From a virus (Duplodnaviria; Caudoviricetes): 33,587 nt of DNA. This document shows, piece after piece, positions 17,571-25,751 of this stretch (within the stretch, counting starts at the first letter, position 1; each line of letters begins with the position of its first letter). The position numbers and the translations under genes are program-made. The stretch is taken from positions 1-33,587 of the IMG/VR virus record IMGVR_UViG_3300051213_000989. One strand, given 5' to 3'. A model generated the notes under the pieces. The model saw only the letters and a list, made by a program, of their open reading frames with translations, was not told the DNA's origin and did not search any database.

Positions 17571-18223
17571 ATGCTTTTTATTTTTCAGCAACAAAAGGTA
17601 AGAGACAAGATACAATACTATATAAAAATTATTCTTCTCTCTCAAAATTCTTCTTTAAAGAGAATAATACATCGTCTCTTGCAAGTGCTTATAACAAAGC
17701 AATAGATTTTGCACTGCAAGAAAAGTCTGACTACCTGGTTTTGTGTCATGATGATGTAATAATTGAATCAGATCTTTATTATAAGCTAGAATCAGCTATG
17801 GAAGGGTACGATGTTATCGGTGTTGCAGGTACAACAGAGTGTAAACTACAAGAACCTGCACTTTGGCATCTTATGGGTGGTGGTTTTGGTGGTGGAAAGC
17901 TGCACGGAGCTGTAGCTCACGGTAATAATAAGCAAAAATCCATGACATACTTCGGTGTTTATCCACATCGCGTACTACTTCTTGATGGAGTCTTTATGGC
18001 TATTAAGAGAAAAGTGTTCGAACAAGTGAGATTTGATGAAACATGTCCTGCAAAGTTTCATTTCTATGATCTAGACTACTCTCTATCGTGTCATAAAGCT
18101 GGTTTTAAGCTAGGCGTTTCAGATATCCTAATTACTCACGCCTCTCCAGGGTTGAGAGAGTTTACATCTGAATTTAACGAAGGTCAAAAGTGGTTTCTTG
18201 AAAAATGGAAAGGTAAGCTATAA
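17567..18223 (+). CDS. GT-A fold (family 2-like) glycosyltransferase
   Basis: AYNKAI, LVLCHDDV, GVAG, LLDGVFMA, FDE...FHFYDLDYSL, ITHAS. Confidence 0.82.
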   Translation: MNAFYFSATKGKRQDTILYKNYSSLSKFFFKENNTSSLASAYNKAIDFALQEKSDYLVLCHDDVIIESDLYYKLESAMEGYDVIGVAGTTECKLQEPALWHLMGGGFGGGKLHGAVAHGNNKQKSMTYFGVYPHRVLLLDGVFMAIKRKVFEQVRFDETCPAKFHFYDLDYSLSCHKAGFKLGVSDILITHASPGLREFTSEFNEGQKWFLEKWKGKL

Positions 18224-18230
18224 TAACGTC

Positions 18231-19547
18231 GTGAGTAGATTGGATTTAGATTATTTTGAGAACGTCATTATATACAAATCGCTCACAGACTCTACCTATC
18301 TAGCGTCTATTGTAGACTTTGTAAAGCCTGAGTTCTTTAAAACGAAGAATATCGCTACAGTCTTTACTATTATTTCTGACTTCTATAACAAAAGACAGAA
18401 ATTACCTACTGTAACCGAGATAAAAACATATCTTGTTACAGATGAACTACGTGAATCGTTTAAAACGATTGTACAGTCATTTACAAATATCGATAAAAAC
18501 ATCGATAAAGACGAGCTCTACGAAAATACCGAGCGCTTTCTTAAGGAAAAAGCTGTATATCATACAATGCTCTCTATTGCAGAGGATGTAGCCAAAGGTC
18601 AAGTTGATACTTCTGTTGCTTTAGACAAGTTTGAGAAGTCTTGTAACATAAGTCTTGTTACAGATCTTGGGTTAGATCTGTTTGGTAACATCGATACTGT
18701 TATCGAAGACCTAACCACTACACAGAAAACGATTCCAAGTACATGGCCATGGCTTGATGATGCACTTAGTGGTGGATTTTTAGAGAACGGACGTGCGCTT
18801 TATGTGTTTGCGGGTGAGACAAACATTGGTAAATCTATTTTCCTTGGTAACATTGCTACTAATATATCAGCGCAAGGTAAGAACGTATTGCTAATTTCGC
18901 TAGAAATGTCCGAGTTGCTATATGCAAAGCGTCTTTGTACTAATGTCTCGAAGATTCCACTTAAAGATCTTGCTAGTAACCCACATGCACTAAGACAAGC
19001 AGTAGTAGAACAACGCCAATCTGGTTCAGGAAGTATATTTATCAAGGAATTTCCACCAGCTACTATTACTCCCAACCAGCTTAAAGCGTTTATTAAGAAG
19101 ATTTCTGATACAGGTATAAAAATTGATGCCATTGTACTTGATTATCTCAACCTACTTCACTCTACTATTGGTAATAACTCCTACGAGCGTATTAAAAGCG
19201 TGACAGAGCAGTGTAGAGCTATGAGTTATATCTTTAACTGCCCTATAATTAGCGCAACACAGTTAAATAGGTCGGGATTCGATCAAGAAAACCCTGATCT
19301 TAATACGATTTCCGAATCTATCGGGTTAGCTGCAACAGCTGACGTTATTGTTTCAATCTATCAGAACGATGAAGATAGAGAACTTAGTGTTATTAGGTTA
19401 GGTATGATGAAAAACCGATATGGTCCGCGTGGTCATACACAAGCGATGCGAATAGACTATCCGACACTTACAATAACACAAGCAGATGATGTAGTGGACT
19501 TTGCAGAAGATAGTTCTTTTAATACACTTGCTGCATTTTCTAACTAA
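18231..19547 (+). CDS. gp41: Replicative DnaB-like helicase gp41
   Basis: AGETNIGKS, ISLEMSE, IKEFPP, LDYLNLL, SATQLNRSG, SESIG, KNRYG. In-frame GTG 18231, 6 nt after TATAAT (18219-18224), is preferred over the track start TTG 18198. Confidence 0.93.
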   Translation: MSRLDLDYFENVIIYKSLTDSTYLASIVDFVKPEFFKTKNIATVFTIISDFYNKRQKLPTVTEIKTYLVTDELRESFKTIVQSFTNIDKNIDKDELYENTERFLKEKAVYHTMLSIAEDVAKGQVDTSVALDKFEKSCNISLVTDLGLDLFGNIDTVIEDLTTTQKTIPSTWPWLDDALSGGFLENGRALYVFAGETNIGKSIFLGNIATNISAQGKNVLLISLEMSELLYAKRLCTNVSKIPLKDLASNPHALRQAVVEQRQSGSGSIFIKEFPPATITPNQLKAFIKKISDTGIKIDAIVLDYLNLLHSTIGNNSYERIKSVTEQCRAMSYIFNCPIISATQLNRSGFDQENPDLNTISESIGLAATADVIVSIYQNDEDRELSVIRLGMMKNRYGPRGHTQAMRIDYPTLTITQADDVVDFAEDSSFNTLAAFSN

Positions 19548-19566
19548 TACTTAAAATGTTGATTAA

Positions 19567-19597
19567 CCACTACACAAAACTAAGTAATGTGTAGTGG
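19567..19597 (+). promoter_or_regulatory. Perfect 10-bp inverted repeat covering a GTG start codon
   Basis: CCACTACACA (19567-19576), 11-nt loop, TGTGTAGTGG (19588-19597); overlaps TTGATT-N16-TAAGTA (19559-19586). Confidence 0.7.
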
Positions 19598-20031
19598 AAA
19601 TACTTTATTTTGAACAGTCTAAAAAGATAAGACAAGATGTCGAAGCTTTGCGCAATGGTGCTACATCACTCACCACAGCAGAGCTCGCTGACGTTAAATT
19701 ATATCTACAGCGTTATAAGGATTATCTCCAACATACTGATTTTTTTCAAGGTAAAATAAAAGAATATCGTGTAGTAAGCTGCTTTGCTGAAAAATTCCAT
19801 GTAGAGTTGCTTGACTATATGATTAATAAACGGGAAGCTGATATTTCGTTTATAGTTATTCTATCAGATAAGAAAGTTCTCTTCAAGAAAAGTAAAAATT
19901 GTAGTATTGATCTCTGTAATCTTGCAAAAATACTCTGCGATGGAGAGTGTGTAGGTAATGAAATCGATATAGCTTATGGTGAGCTCAATAATACCGCTAT
20001 TAACTTTACCAAAATTCTCACCCCATGTTAA
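19594..20031 (+). CDS. Hypothetical protein resembling a degenerate DHHA1 domain
   Basis: ADISFIV...KVLFKKS...IDLCNLAKILCDG...AYG follows the DHHA1 layout but lacks GGGH. Confidence 0.4.
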   Translation: MEILYFEQSKKIRQDVEALRNGATSLTTAELADVKLYLQRYKDYLQHTDFFQGKIKEYRVVSCFAEKFHVELLDYMINKREADISFIVILSDKKVLFKKSKNCSIDLCNLAKILCDGECVGNEIDIAYGELNNTAINFTKILTPC

Positions 20032-20321
20032 ATTTAGATATAGCAGAATTACCATCGCAAAATTTAATACGTACAGAGACGGAGCATCTTTTACTTTCAT
20101 TCTGTACCTTTTGTACGTTATTGAAAGGAAAAAAATTAAGCCTTCAAAATGTTTTTCTTTTAATACTACAAGATAGTAAGTTGAAGGATATTCTAAAAGA
20201 ACTTTTAAGTATTGACTCTAACTATGAAGTAGTTAAACTCTTTATAGAGTACGATCCACTGATTACTACAAGTAAATACGTTACAAAATTTCTCAATACG
20301 AAGCCGAATTTAAATCTATGA
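20025..20321 (+). CDS. Hypothetical protein
   Basis: 98 aa ORF overlapping both neighbours in the operon. Confidence 0.6.
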   Translation: MLNLDIAELPSQNLIRTETEHLLLSFCTFCTLLKGKKLSLQNVFLLILQDSKLKDILKELLSIDSNYEVVKLFIEYDPLITTSKYVTKFLNTKPNLNL

Positions 20322-20968
20322 TAAGCGAGCGACAAAAAAAGATATACAATTCTTTTTTACGCGCATCTAGATTAGCAAAAAACAAACCGTATACGCAGAG
20401 ACAAAACTTCGATAACATATCTCCAACTATCGAAGTCGCTTTAAAGAAACTAGACAATTTTTTTTCATCTCATAAAACGGTAAGCTATAACGACTTTTTT
20501 GCCGCACCATATAGCATTTATACTGATACAGATTTCTTTGAATTGAAGTTTTATATTACGCCGCGCGCTGTAAAGTGTTACACGGAGTATATTAAAAAAC
20601 AAGAGAATGCTGATGCAGACAGCGATGTAACGATAGAGAGATGCAAAGCATGCTGTTCAAATATTTACAATTACTGTAAAGAAAATAAAATAACACTTCA
20701 AGAATATAGAGAGAGAATGTGCGAATCTATTCCTCTTTACATACAACATCTTAAGGAACATAAAATTAATTTTTATACCATACACGGCTTAGATATTCCG
20801 CTAACAAGCGCACAAGAAGCTTCGGACATTCTACGTTTTATGTTTGATGATTTTCATACAACCTTTCACAGTACGCGTTTGAAATTCATTCGTTCATCGC
20901 GGCTAAAAAATGTTGTAAGAACTGCTTTTTCAATAATTGAAGATCGATTATTGATTTTTGGAAAATAA
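20318..20968 (+). CDS. Hypothetical protein; positional candidate for the gp59 helicase loader
   Basis: 216 aa, basic and aromatic; directly upstream of gp32, as gene 59 is in T4; sequence similarity not established. Confidence 0.35.
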   Translation: MISERQKKIYNSFLRASRLAKNKPYTQRQNFDNISPTIEVALKKLDNFFSSHKTVSYNDFFAAPYSIYTDTDFFELKFYITPRAVKCYTEYIKKQENADADSDVTIERCKACCSNIYNYCKENKITLQEYRERMCESIPLYIQHLKEHKINFYTIHGLDIPLTSAQEASDILRFMFDDFHTTFHSTRLKFIRSSRLKNVVRTAFSIIEDRLLIFGK

Positions 20969-20978
20969 TCCGTATAAT
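20951..20978 (+). promoter_or_regulatory. Sigma70-like promoter for gp32
   Basis: TTGATT-N16-TATAAT followed by an A-rich leader of about 40 nt. Confidence 0.65.
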
Positions 20979-21024
20979 AAATTATCAGTAAAAACTGTAA
21001 ACTAAAAAACAACAAAATAAAATT

Positions 21025-21858
21025 ATGAGTACGTTTAATACAAGTATGTTCCAGTCGATCAAAGCTGCACTCTCTAAAAACGAAGAGAAAGCTGCTTCTG
21101 GTCTTTATAATGAAATCATGAAAACCACACCGGGTAATACCTACACGGTGCGGCTTCTTCCGTTTGCAAAAGATCCGTCAAAGACGTTCTTCCATTACTA
21201 TGTTCATGGATGGACTTCTTTCTCGAGCGGTCAATACGTTCAGGCTATTTCGCCTCAAACGTTTAACGAGCGCGATCCTATCTCTGAAGAAAGGTTCCGT
21301 GTTCTTCGTACCGGTACAGAGAGTGAGAAAGAGAAGATGCAAGCCGTTCGTCGTTCAGAAAAGTGGCTCGTTAATGTTTATGTTATCGATGATCCAACCA
21401 ACCCTGAGAATAACGGTACCGTTAAGCTTCTTAGATACGGTAAGCAGCTTCAAAAGATTATTATGGAAGCTATTGAAGGTGAAGATGCAGAAGAGTTTGG
21501 TCCTCGTATTTTCGACCTAGGTTCAGAAGGCGTTAGCTTTAAAATCAAAGTCGAACAGCAAGGCGACTATCCTACTTATGTCTCGTCAAGATTTACGAGC
21601 GCTGGTAAGCTTAACCTCACAAAAGAAGAGCAAGAACAGATCTATAGCAAGGCCTATAATCTTGAAGAAGTGTTTACTGTAAAATCTTTCGATGAATTGA
21701 AGCAAATGATCGATGAGCACATCTACGCTACAGAAGCACCTAGAGAAGAGGCGCCTGCGTCTTTCAAACCTGCAGCACAGCCAGTAAAGCAACAAGTCGC
21801 GGCGGTAGTTGAGAGTACAATTGAAGATGATATTGACGCGCTGCTTAAAGACCTGTAA
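21025..21858 (+). CDS. gp32: Single-stranded DNA-binding protein gp32
   Basis: VRLLP, HYYVHGW, DPISE, NVYVIDDPTNPENNGTVKLLRYGKQL, FDL, FKIK, YVSSRF; acidic tail EDDIDALLKDL. Confidence 0.9.
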   Translation: MSTFNTSMFQSIKAALSKNEEKAASGLYNEIMKTTPGNTYTVRLLPFAKDPSKTFFHYYVHGWTSFSSGQYVQAISPQTFNERDPISEERFRVLRTGTESEKEKMQAVRRSEKWLVNVYVIDDPTNPENNGTVKLLRYGKQLQKIIMEAIEGEDAEEFGPRIFDLGSEGVSFKIKVEQQGDYPTYVSSRFTSAGKLNLTKEEQEQIYSKAYNLEEVFTVKSFDELKQMIDEHIYATEAPREEAPASFKPAAQPVKQQVAAVVESTIEDDIDALLKDL

Positions 21859-21860
21859 TT

Positions 21861-22277
21861 ATGACACCAGAAGAAAAACAAGCTCTTCTACAGTTTATGG
21901 GTGTGACGTATGGTCACACCCATAAACTTGATACCGGTATCGTTGGTAGTTCGCAGTTTGTGCAGCCTATTAGTACAAAGGTTAAACAAACGTTTGAACA
22001 ATTACTCAAAACTGATACAGTTGCAAAAGATAATACTCCTCAACATCAACCTGTTCAAGAGCAAATTATTCCTGAACCTGCTTTTAGTCCACCTGTACCA
22101 AATTATATACCAACACCTCAACCTCAACCTGGTCCTAAAGAACCAGTAAAGGTTAATAGTGACGTAGCAGAGGAGCTAAAAAATATTAACTTGCAATTAA
22201 CCCGTATCGGAGATATACTTCATAAAGCAGTCAATGGCAGAACAAACAAAAAAACTAAAAGTAAAGTCCAAGAGTAA
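21861..22277 (+). CDS. Hypothetical Pro/Gln-rich protein
   Basis: 138 aa; starts 2 nt after the gp32 stop; PTPQPQPGP linker. Confidence 0.6.
   Translation: MTPEEKQALLQFMGVTYGHTHKLDTGIVGSSQFVQPISTKVKQTFEQLLKTDTVAKDNTPQHQPVQEQIIPEPAFSPPVPNYIPTPQPQPGPKEPVKVNSDVAEELKNINLQLTRIGDILHKAVNGRTNKKTKSKVQE
22191..22219 (+). promoter_or_regulatory. Internal sigma70-like promoter for the clamp gene
   Basis: TTGCAA-N17-TATACT inside the upstream ORF, 14 nt before ATG 22234. Confidence 0.45.
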
Positions 22278-22962
22278 CTTTGTAAAGTATCTCGATTCAT
22301 TTTCTAAGATTGGTGATTCGTTTATTGTTGATGTAAACGAATCACATCTCTCTACAATAACTGCATCGCCAGATAATACACTTATTATACACGGTGAGTA
22401 TAGTTGCGAAGCTAACTATAATACGACACTTAATATACCTGATTGTAAAAAGCTCGTACGTGTACTCGATGCTATCGAAAAAGAAGATATAGAAATTATT
22501 ATTAATAATAATAGCTTAGAGTATAAAGATAATAGTGTTAAGTTTAAATATCACCTCTTTGAAGATGGCTTTCTCACTAAACCTTCGCTTAGTGTAGAAA
22601 AGATTAAGAAATTTACTTTCGACGTTACATTCAAACTCGCAAAGCAAACACTACAGTCGATTATCAAAGGTAGTTCCTTCGCGACAGAAACAAATAAAAT
22701 ATACTTCTACACAGAAGGTAGTAAACTTATAGGTGAGCTTACCGATAGAGCGAGACATAATACCGATTGCTATTCTATGTCACTTGGTGAAGTTGACTTT
22801 CAACTACAACCTATTGCAGTAAATTTTGATAATATTAGATTATTAACATTGCTTGACAACAACATTGATGTAAATATTAACACACAATTCGGTGTACTAA
22901 TACTTACAACAAGTAATGACAATACAAAGCTCTCATATATAATTTCCTCTCTAACACAATGA
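22234..22962 (+). CDS. gp45: DNA polymerase sliding clamp gp45-like
   Basis: 242 aa, two-domain clamp-like pattern: LNIPDCKKLVRVL, FKYHL, FDVTFKL, VNFDNIRLL, LSYIISS. Confidence 0.7.
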   Translation: MAEQTKKLKVKSKSNFVKYLDSFSKIGDSFIVDVNESHLSTITASPDNTLIIHGEYSCEANYNTTLNIPDCKKLVRVLDAIEKEDIEIIINNNSLEYKDNSVKFKYHLFEDGFLTKPSLSVEKIKKFTFDVTFKLAKQTLQSIIKGSSFATETNKIYFYTEGSKLIGELTDRARHNTDCYSMSLGEVDFQLQPIAVNFDNIRLLTLLDNNIDVNINTQFGVLILTTSNDNTKLSYIISSLTQ

Positions 22963-23276
22963 ACAGACACACTAAAAATAAAATATCTACACCTGGTTAT
23001 TTTCTTAAAAGACTAAAAGATAATAATTTTAATACCTTTAAGATTTTTAAGAACTATGCGCAATCTGATCCACGTAGATGGACTATTCTTGTTGATCCAG
23101 GTGAAGCGTCTGTCTACATTACGTGTTACGAAAATAGTGCTTTCCAGGGTGATGTGATGTTTGAGTTTAATGACGGTGGTCGCCTCTTTCCTAAAAACTT
23201 TTCACTTAAGACAACCTCGATTGAAGTTGTAGTGACAAAACTTTTAGAAGCTGGTGTAAAGCAACTACAGCATTAA
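22959..23276 (+). CDS. Hypothetical protein
   Basis: 105 aa; ATGA overlap with the clamp gene. Confidence 0.65.
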   Translation: MNRHTKNKISTPGYFLKRLKDNNFNTFKIFKNYAQSDPRRWTILVDPGEASVYITCYENSAFQGDVMFEFNDGGRLFPKNFSLKTTSIEVVVTKLLEAGVKQLQH

Positions 23277-23282
23277 TAAATA
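23275..23282 (+). promoter_or_regulatory. Late-type box (AATAAATA)
   Basis: 5 nt upstream of ATG 23288, same spacing as the other late boxes. Confidence 0.5.
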
Positions 23283-23287
23283 TACGC

Positions 23288-23605
23288 ATGGAGGAGGAGA
23301 AAGATAATACCGACTACTCTGACGACGACGAGAAGCTAAAAAATTTAATACGTGAAGCTTTAGCAATGCGTATTGAAACACGCACCAAACAAAAAAAGCA
23401 ACAAAACCTAAACGAAACGCTTGGAGGAGTTGTAGGTGAATTTTTAAGCAGTTTCATTGTTATGGGATACGATCTTTCAGGCAATCCAGTCACCCTAAAA
23501 CTTGCACCAACAATACAACATAACGAAGCACTTAAATCACTTCTCATTAAAGTTTTTGCAAAAGAAATAAGACCGGGGTATGGAATGGATGAAGAGATTT
23601 TTTAA
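23288..23605 (+). CDS. Hypothetical protein
   Basis: 105 aa; EFLSSFIVMGYDLSG. Confidence 0.6.
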   Translation: MEEEKDNTDYSDDDEKLKNLIREALAMRIETRTKQKKQQNLNETLGGVVGEFLSSFIVMGYDLSGNPVTLKLAPTIQHNEALKSLLIKVFAKEIRPGYGMDEEIF

Positions 23606-23927
23606 ACAACCAGAACATCCAGCAAAACGGTGCGCATATGCCGTTACAACGGGTGATTATGTTGGTGAAATATTTGTTTTTATTGACTCGGATAGCGATA
23701 ATTTTAAGTTCCTTTCGATACCGAAAAATATTAATCGTATTGTCCCGAAAGAAAAATTTGAATTTGGCTTAGAAGCTAATATAATAGAATATGTAGAGCG
23801 ATTACCTCGTCAAGTCTACAAACTTATTACTGCACAATTCTATTACAATGAGAACCCTAATAATCGATGGAAACAATTTGATTCACCGGACGTATTGGAC
23901 GGCAAAGAATCAATCGAAAAGAGCTAA
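23580..23927 (+). CDS. Hypothetical protein
   Basis: 115 aa; overlaps both neighbours. Confidence 0.55.
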   Translation: MEWMKRFFKQPEHPAKRCAYAVTTGDYVGEIFVFIDSDSDNFKFLSIPKNINRIVPKEKFEFGLEANIIEYVERLPRQVYKLITAQFYYNENPNNRWKQFDSPDVLDGKESIEKS

Positions 23928-24720
23928 TATCGATTCACAGGAAGAGATAAATAACTTTCATATCTTTTTTACCCTTAATGCTATCTTCTCTTATGTATCA
24001 AAGTTTACACCTGATACAACAATCCTTGTTTGGGATGAGAAAAAAGACTATCAAGTAAACGAACGTAAAGCGCAATTCTCTGACTATAAAGGAAATAGAT
24101 CGCAAGATAGTACACCGCATCAAAATAACAACGCAATAAAAACTATTGCGCAATATCTCGGTATACCGTCTATCTTTCCAAGACAATATGAAGCTGATGA
24201 TATTGTTAGTTACATCTGTCGCTTTACTGCAGGTAATAAAACTATTATTTCTGTTGATAAAGACTTCCTACAACTCGTGAATGATAATACAACACTTTAC
24301 GATCCAATACGTAAAGTAGAATACAATGCTCAAAACTTTGAAGAGAAGACAGGATATAAAAACACTATTGATTGGCTGACAGCTAAATGCATTACTGGTG
24401 ATAAGTCAGATAATGTACCAGGTATTTATAAATTTGGGAAAGCAAAAATAGCACGTCTACTAAAAGGTGAAGTTAAATTAACCGCAGAAGAAGAAGAGGT
24501 CTATAATCGTAACTACGCTCTTTTTAACTTGAGTGCAATACTGCCTGAGCATGATGAAGCTGTTTATTATAAGGAACAACTCGAAAATATTACAAGTACG
24601 GATTGGAATGCGTTTATTAATACATGTAAAGATCTTAACTTCAACACAATCCTAAATAAGAAAGAAGCCTGGTATTCACTTTTCTTTTTAAAGAATAAAT
24701 TAAAAGCACTCTTTGGATGA
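23848..24720 (+). CDS. rnh: 5'-3' exonuclease / T4 RNase H (FEN family)
   Basis: LIIDGNNL, VWD, YKGNR, YEADD, SVDKDFLQL, GDKSDNVPGI..FG. Confidence 0.92.
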   Translation: MRTLIIDGNNLIHRTYWTAKNQSKRANIDSQEEINNFHIFFTLNAIFSYVSKFTPDTTILVWDEKKDYQVNERKAQFSDYKGNRSQDSTPHQNNNAIKTIAQYLGIPSIFPRQYEADDIVSYICRFTAGNKTIISVDKDFLQLVNDNTTLYDPIRKVEYNAQNFEEKTGYKNTIDWLTAKCITGDKSDNVPGIYKFGKAKIARLLKGEVKLTAEEEEVYNRNYALFNLSAILPEHDEAVYYKEQLENITSTDWNAFINTCKDLNFNTILNKKEAWYSLFFLKNKLKALFG

Positions 24721-25751
24721 TAGTTCCAGAAGATTACATTATCTTAAAATTTTACGAGCTTGGTTATTATCCAAAGCGAAATAGATATAATGATACATAT
24801 CAGTGCGGGTGTCCAATATGTAAAGAGGGTACATCGCTCGGTAAAAAGCGTCGATGTTTCTACATACCTAAAAACGATAATATTTTCTGCCATAACTGCG
24901 GATGGTCAAGCAAACCATCGAAGTGGATATGTCAAGTATCTGGCATGACAAATATCGAGCTTATTGAAGATATTAAGAATCATGTCCCACATGACAATGT
25001 AATACAAGAAGAAAAAAGTAAAAAGCCCGTCAATACAGAAACACTACCGAAAGATAGTATAAACTTATTTGACGACACGCAGACAAACTTTTATGGTAGT
25101 AATGATATTTTACGGGTATGTAAACAAGTTATAAAGACACGTCGATTAGATACAGCAGTAAATAGACCACAGACACTATACCTCTCCCTTACAGATTTTA
25201 CTCACAAGAATAGACTGATTATACCGTTCATTAATGAGAGAAATAGCATTGAGTTTTATCAGTCACGTACAATAATGCAGTACGATACAAAAAAACCCAA
25301 GTACCTCTCAAAAATTAATTCTGAAAAAACGCTTTTTAATATTAATACTGTCGATCCTAATTCTGAATGTGTTTTTATTTTTGAAGGTCCGCTCAATGCC
25401 TTCTTTACAAAGAACAGCGTTGCGGTAGCAGGTATTACAGAAGGTAATCAGACGTTTACAGCTCGTCAGCGCGAGCAAATCGATACAGTTTTGAAGCTAC
25501 ATAAGAAGATATGGGTTCTAGATTCACAATGGATAGATAACGCCTCACTTGTTAAGACAGAAAACTTATTAAAACAGGGTGAGAGTGTTTTTATTTGGCC
25601 AGAGAAATTTGGAAAGCGTTTTAAAGACTTCAATGATATTGCTATGCATTGCAAGATTGACGAAGTAAAAGAAGACTTTATCAAAAAAAATACCTACGAA
25701 GGACTCGTAGGTATTTTAAAGTTATCTGAAGTTAAAAAATATAAAAATTAG
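24717..25751 (+). CDS. gp61: DNA primase gp61-like
   Basis: Zn finger CPIC...FCHNCG, RLIIPF, FYQSR, PKYLS, FEGP, KDFND. Confidence 0.85.
   Translation: MIVPEDYIILKFYELGYYPKRNRYNDTYQCGCPICKEGTSLGKKRRCFYIPKNDNIFCHNCGWSSKPSKWICQVSGMTNIELIEDIKNHVPHDNVIQEEKSKKPVNTETLPKDSINLFDDTQTNFYGSNDILRVCKQVIKTRRLDTAVNRPQTLYLSLTDFTHKNRLIIPFINERNSIEFYQSRTIMQYDTKKPKYLSKINSEKTLFNINTVDPNSECVFIFEGPLNAFFTKNSVAVAGITEGNQTFTARQREQIDTVLKLHKKIWVLDSQWIDNASLVKTENLLKQGESVFIWPEKFGKRFKDFNDIAMHCKIDEVKEDFIKKNTYEGLVGILKLSEVKKYKN

Noticed and set aside
18198-18230. TTG start for gp41 given by the track
   Set aside because: This stretch contains TTGAAA...TATAAT and overlaps the upstream gene; GTG 18231 fits the window-wide promoter-to-start spacing.
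10339-19547. Inteins or introns in gp43, uvsX or gp41
   Set aside because: Lengths are ordinary, motifs are contiguous and no intein splice signatures were seen.
19567-19597. Hairpin as an intrinsic terminator
   Set aside because: No U-tract directly after the stem on either strand, and it overlaps a start codon.
22100-22145. caacct-type short repeats
   Set aside because: They encode a PQPQP low-complexity linker; not an array.
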